Source: Bacteroidales bacterium (lineage in GTDB: Bacteria; Bacteroidota; Bacteroidia; Bacteroidales; B39-G9). From it: DNA of 64,000 nucleotides. Below are positions 14,401-24,600 of this stretch, piece by piece. Each line of letters begins with the position of its first letter. The stretch's first letter is position 1. Below the pieces are notes generated by a model. That model saw only the letters and a list, made by a program, of their open reading frames with translations. It had not been told where the DNA came from and did not search any database. The stretch is taken from positions 8,015 to 72,014 of the forward strand of contig JAGLWK010000067.1 in assembly GCA_023133485.1 (NCBI GenBank). Direction: 5' to 3'. The translations under genes and the position numbers were made by a program.

Positions 14401-15146
14401 TCGAAATTTCCTCCCGAAACACCGGTACCTGAATATTTTCCTCCTACAGGAATACCTCCTGATAAAGCAAATGCTGCTGTACCTTCACAAACATCAGAGA
14501 AAGGTGCTAAACTAACAATAGGATTTGCGTTTACTATTATTGTTTGATATTCCGTTGCACTACAACCGGTTGACGGATAAGTATAAGAAAGAACATGCGA
14601 GCCTGGTCCGGCAGCTAATGGATTAAAATTTCCAAAACCATCAACTCCTGTACCTCCATATGTTCCGCCGGCGGGATTTCCCTGTGTCAGGGCAAATGGA
14701 ACATCACTCTCACAAACATCAGGTATGGCACCGAATGTAACACCTGCAGGAGGCGTAGTTACAGTAACAGTTTGTTCATAATACACAGTATTACCATCTC
14801 CAAATACACCCCCATTTTGATATCTTACAATAACTGTGGCAGGATAAGGACCGGGAACAAGGGATGGGGAAAATTCTGCGGACGATTCTCCGGGAATAGT
14901 AAGAATTGTAGTGATTGCACCAGCAACATTACAAGTCCAAAGCTTGTTAGGGGGAGAAGTAGCACTAACAGTATCAGATAAATCAGTTGTACAATAAGTT
15001 GCTTTATCTAAAGGGTCGGTAATAGTAGCAGCCTTAATATTTAAAATAAATAATAAATATATAGTAAATAATATTAAAAAACGATAGTAATTCATGGGCA
15101 AAGTATTATGTATTATATTGTACGTAATATACAAATATTTGTTCAA
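2493..15146 (-). CDS. Giant cell-surface adhesin with T9SS type B (gliding-motility CHU_C/SprB-type) C-terminal sorting domain
   Basis: Uninterrupted 4217-codon ORF. A signal-peptide-like MNYYRFLILF... makes 15095 a plausible true start. It carries 25 Ig-like units with the YQW(Q/K)K...Y.C motif, 13 units of about 80 aa of the (A/S)NAG.DQ.IC type, and 2 PKD-like units (W.FGDGS). The C-terminus ...FPTAFTPNPNG....YNLEIYNRWGILIF...GWDG...GVYVW.. is typical of the TIGR04131-type CTD. Confidence 0.95.
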   Translation of the reverse strand: MNKYLYITYNIIHNTLPMNYYRFLILFTIYLLFILNIKAATITDPLDKATYCTTDLSDTVSATSPPNKLWTCNVAGAITTILTIPGESSAEFSPSLVPGPYPATVIVRYQNGGVFGDGNTVYYEQTVTVTTPPAGVTFGAIPDVCESDVPFALTQGNPAGGTYGGTGVDGFGNFNPLAAGPGSHVLSYTYPSTGCSATEYQTIIVNANPIVSLAPFSDVCEGTAAFALSGGIPVGGKYSGTGVSGGNFDATVAGVGTHTITYTYTNGACSDSDNETITVNPLPGVTFIGYNGTGYCDVDPPVLFTGIPTDANGSFTGNGITDNGNGTADFNPGTSGLGFHDIIYTYTDANGCQNADTQSIRVGTLLTFNGLNSSYCEDVTNAPMTYNPVGGVFTALAGFTDNGDGTADFDPSVAGAGDHDVEYTYIGPLGCINILTQTVTVNALPLVNFVGLNGTYCNNDPVATLTGSLAPSGTFSGDGTTDNGDGTADLDPLSLAPGGPYSVTYSYTDAFGCSDDETKNFNIISLPTATISGDATICSGSNTNLTITFTGVSPYDVTYTDGTIPVTLLGVVSPHIFAVNPAINTTYTITSVTDANNCTNSGAGSATITVNPQVTITTDPANIDACPGDNINFLVIANGINLTYQWQKNAVDIVGETNATLVLNNIALVDVANYQCVVSSTCGGPVTSNAASLSLYDNTLITVQPVDANECEGDNVNFTVNATGSNLTYQWQKDGVDLVDGGSISGSNSNTLTITVLVLLDAGVYTCDIIGSCGSVTSDPANLSVDEHITITVQPQNNSACAGDNVNFSITATGTNLSYQWQKDGVDIVGETNPNLIINSIAAGDVGNYRCILSTPCGATLTSNNGSLTLNSLTAITVQPVDATECEGNNVNFSVTATGSNLLYQWQKDGVDLVDGGSIFGSTLNNLSITGLILADAGTYTCIVTGSCGIVNSNPAILTVEEDISITTQPSNVDACPGDNINFNIVATGSNLFYQWQKDGVNIGGETNTNIVINGIIAVDAGNYRCVVTNGCGIINSNIGILTVNITTSITVHPSNVTECEGNNANFTVNATGSNLIYQWKKDGVNLVDGGTISGSTTSNLSINGLILVDAGLYTCEVSGSCGTLTSNSATLVVDEIISINTQPQDKLACSGDNINFIVLATGSNLTYQWQKGGVPIGGETNSTFSIIGVIAGDAGTYNCIITNGCGTLTSDDADLTVNSVTIITSDPVDDQVCEGGNTSFTVTATGTTLTYQWNKNGVPLVDGGSISGATTNSLSINGLILGDAGVYTCDVSGSCGALTSAGGTLDVYENISITSQPQNKTGCPGANISFSVTATGTNLFYQWQKGGVDIGGETNTSLVINGINAGDAGTFRCIITGNCGSVNSNSATLVVYENTVITTDPVDDQLCEGGNTSFTVIATGSNLTYQWNKDGAPLADGGSISGSITNSLSINGLILGDAGVYSCDVSGSCGTLTSAGAILDVYENISITFQPQNKTACSGENISFIVTASGTNLSYQWQKDGVDIAGETNTSLIINGVIAGDAGIFRCIITGNCGSANSNPATLVVYENTVITTDPVDDQVCEGSNTSFTVVATGSNLTYQWNKDGVPLADGGSISGATTNSLSINGLVLGDDGVYSCDVSGSCGVENSNLANLIVDETTVVTLQPVSFSVLEGGNATFTVAADGSTLSYNWYKDGVLLFDGGSISGANTTILTITGVVLADAGAYHCVVSGTCGNVNSTPADLTVNSSSLITTQPIASVTKCEGEDLNLTIVASGGGLTYQWKKDGVDLVDGGNISGSTTSNLNITNLLVTDAGAYTCIVKGTESSTPSIVTVNPLTVITVQPTDATKCAGDNVLFVVNADGESLNYQWKKDNVDIVGETNTNLSINPVAVGDAAIYTCEVTGSCGTVISDPATLIVYEVTIINIEPVDQNICEGSSTTLSVDVSGDNLTYQWKKDAVALVDGGTISGSSSKDLVISNSILSDEGIYTCTITGECGNVNTNPALLTISPTTEILVDPLDATKCVGDNVLFVVNADGESLSYQWKKDNVDIAGETNTSLSIDPIAIGDAATYTCEVTGTCGIIVSDPATLIVNEITVINSEPVDHTICEGSSTTLSVDVTGGNLTYQWKKDAVVLIDGGTISGSSSKDLVISNSLLSDDGVYTCTISGQCGNVNTSPARLTIDPSTVINTQAVDNTKCVGENVIFFISADGESLNYQWKKDGVDLVDGGNISGSLTNNLTITNLLVADAGSYICDVSGSCGNISSDPASLDVYENTLITTQPANSLNCEGETVVFNLVAEGGILNYQWKKDGVNLSDGGNISGSLTNNLTIANLLVADAGAYTCIVTGICGQENSNQAILTVNKSTSISVHPVSQGVTEGGNVVFSVSATGSNLTYQWQKDGVDLVDGANISGSTTLTLNLLNLLTSDEGSYRCVVSGDCGTQNSDPASLSVYIPTSITTQPNDLVKCEGEPATFSIVANGSNLTYQWRKDGVDLVDGAIISGTNTPNLTISSVDSSDTGTYTCFVSGDSGDENSDNATLRVDKNIVITLHPISQTKCENDIVFFSVDSDGESLTYQWEKDGVALANGGDISGVNSKMLTINNLDNTDEGIYRCEVTGTCGSVKSDPANLIINLSTVITSQPSSLTRCEGQSASFSIIADGAALIYQWKKDGVNLIDGGNISGSNSTDLIINNLITTDDGIYSCLITGDCGTENSFFAILIVNSGTSINNHPISIIECENEDIFFKVSANGESITYQWEKDGTPLSNGGNIFGATSSALIISDITSANQGTYMCVVSGTCGIINSDPANLEINLFPSNAGTIVGDNTICQGEQGIIFEISVINNATYYNWNLPFGATIVNGDSTRVITVDFSNSSVTGLITVQGINECGSGGISAGHLITVNQIPYAYAGQDRNVCAYSTILEGNITTQGTWNSLGGSASILNPTQYNSVVENLQQGENYFVWTVTSGDCSANDTVLINNKKIDVNAGSDQTICDTKTYLDAETPTIGEGEWSVISNSGYFDEADNPKTLVYGLLRGDNVFKWSVTNDGCSSVDTVVITNDLPTYASAGYDQNVGGSTAILNANIPDIGTGIWTLLYGSAVIADSSLYNTQVDGLNPGENKFRWTITYNECVSSDEVIITNETPGNTSAGIDQLICATSTTLEANQPILGYGEWSVFSGSAIFEDYTQHDTYVYGLGYGNNVLVWKVKEILFTYDTVVITNASPTPANAGPDRSICSEDIELQGNNVYIGNGIWTIVGGSTTFADSSNNNTTISSLGLGANTLRWTTANQDCETYDEVIIVNDNPTLPYAGEDQVLCSDSATLYNNVPEVGIGEWSIIGGSANFGTTTVTNLAAGDNILKWTIANNQCSLHDTVIITNNMPTTANVGADMTVCADSVNLTGNFSFIGDGIWSITSGSGILSDSSINNTTVTNLSLGINILRWTITNIGCSSYDEIEINYDLIIADAGNDQAICSETTTLNASIPSPGTGLWTVIGGSGSANFLSSYEPNTIVSELDQCDNILLWTVSNNQCYSSDTVIITNNLPTTANAGVDQAICSDSTIVTANVPLIGNGKWDILNGSATIENIDQHITSVTALGNGVNTLKWTITQNGCTSSDEVVITNNLPTVADAGVDQTICKDSTHLAANYPTIGNGEWSIIGGSATFEDLNVNDSKVNNLGFGNNTLLWTINNNGCISIDTVLVTNNSPTPSNAGPDLTLCSNTVTLSANDPGNLGSGEWFVINGSGTFANSENHNPTATVEDLSLGNNILRWIITNEGCTSSDDIIITNNLPTTANAGQDQQICADSTNLYANYPLIGTGYWLVTGGYALIEDSSMFNTKISDLGYGENFLTWTINNKGCKTNDVVKITNNLSFVDAGSNQEIYSPSTTLIGNNHGVDAAGEWIVVSGNGSFENKNNYETVVNNVGANANTYAWTITKNECTVSDEVIITYYVLPVAQYSVSTTDGCPPLEVNFINNSIGGITYLWDLGDGSTSNESGNLTHTYDNPGIYFVNLTVFGSAGLYVDLDTIITVHNLPIADFVFVPDTIYIPDQQLHCNNTSIDGYTYFWDFGDGSTSKNEHPIHKYTKEGEFDIKLLVWTENNCFDSITYSILVKKISEIIFPTAFTPNPNGPSDGSYSTDDFSNDVFYPIIKEDLISYNLEIYNRWGILIFKSNDVYKGWDGYYRGELLKEGVYVWRVSGILNNGKPFNKAGNILLLYN
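3290..6435 (-). repeat. 13 tandem ~240-bp coding repeats ((A/S)NAG.DQ.IC....L.AN.P..G.G.W......F)
   Basis: 13 occurrences of the AG.DQ..C..S..L.(A/G)N motif were counted in the translation, with regular spacing of about 80 aa. Confidence 0.8.
6715..13310 (-). repeat. Array of 25 Ig-like domain repeats arranged as a 522-bp (two-domain) super-repeat
   Basis: The motif gtc(g/a)tcaac recurs at 10410, 10932 and 11454 (period 522). acattatcttttttccattgataa recurs at 9001 and 9523 (period 522). Units of type VDIVGETN and type VDLVDGGSISGS alternate. Confidence 0.85.
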
Positions 15147-15624
15147 ATTTTTTTATTTATTTTTATATATAATATGTAAAAACAACTTTATCCCGAATAA
15201 TTATTTTCCCGAACTGTCTTGTCAGATAGTATTAAAATATAATCTTTTCTGTGTCGGATTAATCCCGAAACTTCGCTTATAGAACGGGTTCTGCATGATT
15301 TATGTGCTTTATAAATTTACTATTACAATGAGCGGAGCAAGTAATAATACAAAACAGTTTGTTTTCTACATGTTATACATCTATAAAAACATGATGTTTG
15401 TCAAAATTATGTTTTTTTTACGAATAAACATAATTAATAAACGAAAAGAACAAAATCTTACATTAAGATAAAAAATAAGCAGTAAAAACTTCATTTTTAA
15501 CTAATATTATTAACTTTAAAACTCTTGACAAATTGAATTTATATCTAAAATGATGTAACTTATGTGGTTATTTTGAAGGCTAAGGAAGATATGAAATGAA
15601 ATAATTAATGTAAAATTTTAAGAG

Positions 15625-18600
15625 ATGAAAAACATATATAAAATATTATTTTTTATAATAATAATTATTATTGTTCAACAGAATGTGTATGGACAAAGTT
15701 GTTTAGGATTTCCTACAGGTACTGTTCAGACCGGAAATGATATGAATTATAGTCCTGAATGTTCTCCTGTAACTGCTGTATGGGAAGTTTGGTTTAAAAA
15801 GGTTGATGATGGAGGAGACCCAAATAACATTGCATTTCGTTTTGATTGGGGTGATGGTACAATCGAAACAATACCCTATGATGGTGTGATATTAACCAAT
15901 CCTTCAGCAAATAGATATGATGCAACAATTACACATATTTATCCTACTGATAATACTTTATGTAGTTACGACCTTATTGTTAATTTAGTTGTTGATGGAG
16001 AACAATGCTCGGCTATTATTGAATTAACAGTATTTGCATGGGATACTGATGATGATGGTTCAGGTGAATTACGTTTGGAAAATGAAAATGATGGTGATAT
16101 AATTTATTATATTTGTGAAGGCAAAGCTGATACGATACGGTTTTTAGATAATAGTACTTTGAATTGTAATTTAGGAGAATCCCCTCTTAATCCAAATAGT
16201 CTTAGAAGATGGGTACAGTTTCAATATGGTACTTTTGATGATCCTGCTTATGCAGGAGACCCCAGAATACCAAATTTAAAAGTTGGTGCTACACAAGTTA
16301 CGGATGCTGGTGGTAATTTAATATTTGATTTGAATGGAGATTTACTTACGCGTGAACTTGATGGAGCAGTTACAATTTATGACCCACCTGCTGCTGTTCC
16401 TCCATCGGGATATTTGACTGACCAGGTAATTGTTCCTGCCGGAGTTACTTCTTTTGGTGAAGTTTTTGAAATTAGAATGAGATATTGGAATTATTGTAAT
16501 CAATATGATGATGGTGTTGCTCCACCTCCCGGTGTTGATGGCGATAATCCTCCTGTTACTATAACAGCAATAATAGAAATTATTACAACACCTCCCGATG
16601 TTGGTGATGGTGATTTTCAGCATTGTATTGGTGATGATCTTACTGTTAGTGTTACTCCTGCTATTAGTGGTAGAATTTTATGGTATGCTGATTCATTAGA
16701 TGCTGTTAATGGAGTTGATTCAATATTTGAAGGACAGAATTTTGATCCTACAAATATTCCTATTGCTCCGTCAGAAGAGATGGATAATTTAACTCCGGGT
16801 TCAAATACATATTGGGTTACCGAAAAACTTGCGAGTTGTGAAAGTTTACCTTCAGAAGTTGTTGTTACCGTGAGAAATGAACTCTCTGTTACTGGAGGCA
16901 TTTCCGGACCAACAGTTGTATGTGCCAATGAAAACAATGTTATTTTTAGTGTTGCAAATGACCCTCCACCTATGACTTATGGAGGAGCTACCGAATATGT
17001 CTGGGCTTATCCGGGTTTTAATTACAATTCAGGACAAGGTACAAAATCACTTGATGTTGATGCAGGTGCTGCTGACGGAGCATATACTATTGAAGTTTAT
17101 TTGCAATATGCTACTGACCCAAGATGTCCTTCAACAAGCAAAACTCATGATGTTGATATTAATGAATTACCTACTGCAGAAATTACAACAACTACGGTTA
17201 CAGTTTGTAATGGTGATAATGCCGACTTATCAATTGATTTAACAGGAGAGGGTAACGGAGATTGGGTAATACAGTACAATGTTAATGGAGCCCCAACTGA
17301 AACAACTCCAACAATAAATGCTACTCCATATACTTTAACAATTTTGGCAGCGGAGTTAACAATTAGTGGTGCAAATACCGTAACTCTTACAAGTGTTACA
17401 CAAGATAAAGGGAAAGTATGTACAGGAAGTATTCTCGGAGCAGCAGCAACAGTAAATAATAATGATCTTCCTACAGCAACAATAACTTCCGGTAATGCAA
17501 CTATTTGTGACGATAACGATGTTGATATAACACTTGCTTTAACAGGGCATGGGGTAGGAGATTGGGTAGTGGAATATACTGTTAACGGAGTACCAAAAAC
17601 ATCTCTAACTATAGATGTTACTCCATATGATTTAACAATTCTGGCAGCAGAATTAACAAACATTGGTGCAAATACAGTAGTTCTTACCGGAGTAACTCAG
17701 GATAAAAATGCTGTTTGTACAGGAAGTATTGTTGGCGGAGGTGTTACAATTACAAATAATGCTTTGCCAACTGCTGAATTTACATTAACAACAGATACTA
17801 TTTGTGATGGCGAAGATGCAAACATTTCTGTTGATTTAACTGGACATGGAGCTGGAAACTGGGTTTTAGAATATAAAATTAATGCAGGTGGGTTACTTTT
17901 TACTCCTGTTATTGCAGCAACACCTTATATTTTAGTTATTACTGATGCAAATCTGATTCTTGGAGATAATATTATTACTTTACTTGGAGTTACACAGGAT
18001 AAAGGAGCTTCAGCTCCTTGTGTGGGAACTATTAATCCTGCAAAAGATACTATATTAATAAGAAAAAATGAACTTCCTACAGCAGCAGTTACTACTGCTA
18101 ATTATAATATTTGTGAAGGTTATGATGCTGATATTGATATTGATATGACCGGCGAGATAGGTGGTAACTGGATAATTGAATACCAGATTAATGCTGGAAT
18201 TTCACAATTTACTGCTTTATTTGATAATGACCCATATACTCTTACCATATCAGCAGCAGATTTGAATCTTGGGCTGAATACAATAACCCTTATTGATGTT
18301 ACTCAAGATGTTGGTGTTGCTGTTGCATGCGATGGCTCAATTGTATTTGGTAGTGAAGATATAGATATTACTGTTGACCAGTTGCCAACTGTTTCAAATG
18401 CAGGTGTAGATCAAGAAGAGTGTGACCCGGTAGTAATAGTAACTATGGATGCTAATGTTGCAGTTATTGGTACAGGAACATGGGATTTGGTCAGTAAACC
18501 TCCTGCAACTCCTGACCCCGGTATCAGTAATGTTAATTCAGAAATAGCTACAATCACAATTGCAGATCCTAATTGGGGAATTTATACTTATGATTGGGTA

Positions 18601-21600
18601 ATTAACAATGGTACTTGTCCCGATTCACATGATACTGTAACTATTGATTTTGGTGCTGCACCAACTATAGATGCAGGACTTAATGATGCAGTTTGTTATC
18701 CTGATTATACATTGGCTGCTACAAATTCATCAGGTACAGGATTATGGTCAAAATTTGCTGGTCCTGGAAATGAAGATTTTGATGATGATACAGACCCAAA
18801 TGCTACTGTAACTGTTGATGCAGATGGTATATACACATTTAGATGGACTGTAACCAGCGGTGCCTGTGCTCCGGTTTCTGATGATGTGGATATTCAGTTT
18901 TATCCTTTACCAAATATAACAAGCCAGCCAGCAAATACTGAAACCTGTAACCTTGGAAATGCAAGTTTTTCTGTAACAGCAACAGGACCAGCATTAACAT
19001 ATCAATGGCAGGTTGACGATGGATTAGGATTTGTTAATGCCAGTGGAGGAGTTTACACAAATGACATTACTGCTACATTAAATATTACGGCTGCAGGTGT
19101 GGGTATGAACGGTTACTTTTATCGTTGTATTGTACAAGAAGGTACGAATTCTTGTGATATCATTTCTGATACGGCAACATTAACAGTTCATGTCTATCCG
19201 AATATTACAGCAGACCCTGTAGCTGCCGAAATATGCGATGGAGCAGATACAAGTTTTTCAGTAACCGCAACCGGAACAACATTAACATATCAATGGCAGG
19301 AAGATCCGGGAGGAGGTTTTGTTGATTTAACCAATGGAGGATTTTATAGTAATGTTACAACTTCTACATTAAATATTACAGGAGCCACAACAGCAATGGA
19401 CACATATCAATATCAATGTATAGTAACCGAATCAACTTTATGTCCTGTAACATCAGGTTCGGCGGTATTAACAGTACATACCTATCCGAATATTACAACG
19501 CATCCTGTAGCTGCTGAAATATGCGATGGAGCAGATACAAGCTTCACAGTAGCAGTAAGCGGAACAACATTAACATATCAATGGCAGGAAGATCCGGGAG
19601 GAGGTTTTGTTGATTTAACCAATGGAGGGTTTTATAGTAATGTTACAACTTCTACATTAAATATTACTGGAGCCACAATAGCAATGGACACATATCAATA
19701 TCAATGTATAGTAACCGAATCAGGTTTGTGTCCATCAACATCAGGTTCGGCAATATTAACAGTACATGCATATCCGAATATTACAGCAAATCCTGTAGCT
19801 GCTGAAATATGCGATGGGGCAGATACAAGTTTCACAGTAGCAGTAAGCGGAACAACATTAACATATCAATGGCAGGAAGATCCGGGAGGAGGTTTTGTTG
19901 ATTTAACCAATGGAGGGTTTTATAGTAATGTTACAACTTCTACATTAAATATTACAGGAGCCACAACAGCAATGGACACATATCAATATCAATGTATAGT
20001 AACCGAATCAGGTTTATGTCCTTCAACATCAGGTTCGGCAGTATTAACAGTACATGCTTATCCGAATATTACAGCAGATCCTGTAGCTGCTGAGATATGC
20101 AATGGGGCAGATACAAGTTTTTCAGTAACAGCCACCGGACCAACATTAACATATCAATGGCAGGAAGATCCGGGAGGAGGTTTTGTTGATTTAACCAATG
20201 GAGGATTTTATAGTAATGTTACAACTTCTACATTAAATATTACAGGAGCCACAACAGCAATGGACACATATCAATATCAATGTATAGTAACCGAATCAGC
20301 TTTATGTCCTGTTACATCAGGTTCGGCGATATTAACAGTGCATGCCTATCCGAATATTACAACGCATCCTGTAGCTGCTGAAATATGCGATGGAGCGGAT
20401 ACAAGTTTCACGGTAGTAGTAAGCGGAACAACATTAACATATCAATGGCAGGAAAATGATGGCGGAGGTTTTTTAGATTTAACCAATGGAGGGTTTTATA
20501 GTAATGTTACAACATTAACTTTGAATATCACAGGAGCTACAACAGCAATGGACACTTATTTGTATAGATGTATAATAACCGAATCAGGTTTGTGTCCTAC
20601 AACTTCAGGTTCGGCAATATTAACAGTACATCCTTATCCGAATATTACAACAAATCCTGCTAATGCAGCAATATGCGATGGGGCAAATACAAGTTTCACA
20701 GTAGCAGCGACAGGAACAACATTAACATATCAATGGCAGGTTGATAAACAGGATGCAATGGGTTTTAATGATTTGATTAACGATGCAATATATAGTAATG
20801 TTACAGCTGCAACCTTGAATATTGCTGGAGCCACAATAGCAATGGACACATATCAATATCAATGTATAGTAACCGAATCAGGTTTATGTCCTGTAAATTC
20901 GGCTGCTGCTGTTCTAACTGTTCATCCATTGCCAACAATTACATCTCAGCCAACTGATATTTCAACTTGTGTCGGTGATAATACAAGTTTCAGCATATTA
21001 CCAAATTCAGCGGGAGATTTTACATATCAATGGCAGCTTAACTCAGGCAGCGGATTTAATGACCTTGCAAATGATGCTACTTATAATAATGTTACAACAG
21101 CAACTCTAAATATTAGTTCGGTTAATATTACACTTAACGGATATTTATATCGTTGTTTAATTGATTCTATCAATACATCTTGTCAAAATATTTCTGATGA
21201 AGTTACATTAACTGTTAATTCATTACCTGTGATAACAAGTCAGCCAAATGATGTTGAAATATGTGAAAATGCAAATACTACTTTCGGAATATTACCTGAT
21301 GATATTATTACATATTCGTATCAATGGCAGGTTGATAAACAAGATGCTATGGGATTTAATGATTTATTTAATGATGCAACATATAATAATGTAGCAACTG
21401 CAACATTAGATATTACAGGGGCAACAATTGCGATGGATAATTACCAGTACCTTTGTATTATTACAAATAAATCAACAACATGTGAAAAAAATTCAAGTGC
21501 AGCACTTCTTGAAATCAAACTTTTACCGGTAACATCAGCTATTTCCGGTCAGGCAAATGTTTGTGCAGGAGCACAAAATGTTTCTTATCAGGTTGACCAG

Positions 21601-24600
21601 CATAGTGGCTCAACATACGCATGGATAATTCCGCCTGAGTTTACCGCTGCGGGAGGAACAGTAAATTTCGGTGGTTCACCAAATCGTTTTGTTTCTCTTA
21701 ATTATGGAGCAGCTACATTTTCAGGTGTGCTTAAAGTAGTTGAAACAAATAATGGCTGTGATGGTGATACTATTACTTTGGACATACAGGCGTATGACCT
21801 TCCTATTGCTGATGCAGGTAACGATACAACAATTTGTAATGGCGATGCTGCAATAATAGGAGGGAATCCAAGTGCTTCAAATGGTTCGGGAACATATATT
21901 TATGAATGGACACCAACCTCATATCTTGATGATGCAACAATTGCAAATCCTTCTGCTTCACCACCGCTTTCATTAAATTATTCTCTGAAAGTTACTGATG
22001 GTAGCTCAGGATGTATTTCAACAACCGATAATATTCAAATTACTGTTAATGCTGTTCCTGATGCACCTATAGCTCCAAATAAAACATTTTGTGAAAGCGA
22101 AACAATTGAAGACCTGACTGCTTCAGGAGAAAATATAAGCTGGTATGATGATATTACATTATTAAATCTGATTACTACAGGAAGTCCGTTTGCAACAGGA
22201 GAAACAACTCCTTTTACTTATCAGTATTATGTAACCCAAACTGTGGACAATTGCGAAAGCGATGCAACACCTGTTTCACTGACAATAAATGCTACTCCTG
22301 ATAATATTACTGCTGATGATACAACTATTTGTTATGGTGAACCTACTCCTGCTTTAATAACTTCAGGTAGTAGTCCTCACTGGTATTCAAACCCCGATTT
22401 AACGGGACTTGTTTATATTGGAAACACATACAATCCTACTGTTTTTGCAGTAGGGGTATATACATATTATCTTGTTGATGAAATTAACGGTTGTCAAAGT
22501 GAACCTGATACAGTTGTGTTAACAATAAATGCAAAACCATTAGCACCAAATGCTTCAGATACAACTATTTGTTATGGTAATCTTACACCTGATATGATTG
22601 CAACAGGCGAAACAGGTAGTACTATTGAATGGTTTGAAGATCCGGGGCTTACAAATTTATTATATACAGGAAGTGTATTTATCACAGGAGAAACCGAACC
22701 AAAAACTTATACTTATTATGTTACGCAGACAGTTAATAGTTGCCAAAGCCCTTTAAAAACCGTTAAACTTACAATAAATCCTTCTCCTACGATAACACAG
22801 GTTAATTATATCGATGAAAATTTTTGTGGTAGCGAAGACGGAACAATCAGTATTTCTGCAAGCGGGACATATCCACTTGAATATTCTATTGATAATGGTG
22901 CTAACTATCTGGAAAATGGCAACTTTACCGGATTAGGAAGCGGATTATATTATACAAGTGTTAAAAATTATTATGGTTGCCGCATTGACGGAGATACTGT
23001 AACAATTACATCGGGAAATGCACCAGAAGCACCAGATGCCGGAGATGATGCAATTTATTGCGATGGAGATAATATTGTTTCTTTGTATGCAAATATTTCT
23101 GCAGGAGGTTATTTAACATGGTATTCCGATGGAGCAACCAATGATTCGATAGGCACGGGAAATTCTTTTACACCATATAATAATATTGATACAACATATT
23201 ATTATGTTACCGAAACTACTGATACTTGCGAAAGTCCGCCAACTGCCGTTGAAATTATTATTTACGAAATTCCACAAGAACCGCAAGCAAATGATACTGC
23301 TGTTTGTTTTGGAGAACAAACTCCTGAATTGGTTGCTTTAGGTAATAATATTAGATGGTATTACCCATCACCATCTCAAACTGATTTTATATATGGTGGA
23401 GATTCTTTATATACAGGACAGACTAATGTTAATCCCTATACTTATTATGTTACTCAAACAATTAACGGATGTGAAAGTTCTTATAAACCAGTTGTTTTAA
23501 CAATTAATACAATGCCGTCTGCTCCGGCTTCTTCTGATGTAACAAGATGTTATGGGCAAACCATTCCGGCTCTTGAAGCAACAGGTACAAATATTAACTG
23601 GTATGATAACAGCGATTTGTTAAATTCTGTATATTCAGGAGATACGTATGACACAGAGATAACAGAATCCGGCATTTATACTTATTATGTTACCGAAACT
23701 CTTGGTGATTGTGAAAGTGAAGCTACCGAAGTTATTCTTACTATTAACGAAATACCAAACCAACCCGAAGCAAACGATGTTTCAATATGCGATGGAGATA
23801 TAGTACCCGACCTTACAGCAATAGGTCTGAATATTGTATGGTACAGCGAGCCAGAATTAATAAATATTATAGGTAATAACAGTCCTTTTTCAACTACTCA
23901 ATCAGGAGTTAGCGATTCTTCTTATTATGTAACACAAACAGTTAATAATTGCGAAAGTCTTTCTGATACAGTTACTTTAACAATTAACGCATTACCACCA
24001 ATACCGGATGCTGATGACCTTACTATTTGTTATGGTGATGATGCAATTTTACATACTACAGGAACCAATCCAAATTGGTTTGATGGGAATGAATTTGGCA
24101 ATCCCTTTGTTTATGAAGGCAATCATTTTGTAACAGGGAAAACTGAAGTTGACGATTATACTTATTATGTAACTGACACGGTAAACGGATGCGGTAGTGG
24201 TTCAAAAACAGTTACCCTGATTATTAATCCTACACCTGAAATTATTTCAAACACTTCAACTAACGAAAGTTTTTGTAATGGTAATGACGGTACAATTACA
24301 ATAGATGCATTTGATGTAACAGGCTTGGGATTAACATATTCAATTGACGGAGTGAATTTCTCAGCAAATAATTATTTTGATAACCTGAGACATGGTAATT
24401 ATCCTGTTATAGTTAAAAACACATATGATTGCGAAATTTATGGAGATACTCTTGTTGTTACTGCCGGGGAAAATGCTCCTGATGCTCCTGTTGCAGGCGA
24501 TAACGCTGATTATTGTTTCGGCGAAACAATGGTTGATTTGACTGCTGTTGTTGAATCAGGAGGTTATTTAGTGTGGTATTCTGACCCATTATTATTAGAT

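Noticed and set aside
15147-15624. Specific promoter calls (Bacteroidota -33 TTG / -7 TAnnTTTG) in the divergent control region between the giant genes.
   Set aside because: I found only near-matches by eye in a very AT-rich region. That is not enough to support a coordinate-level call.
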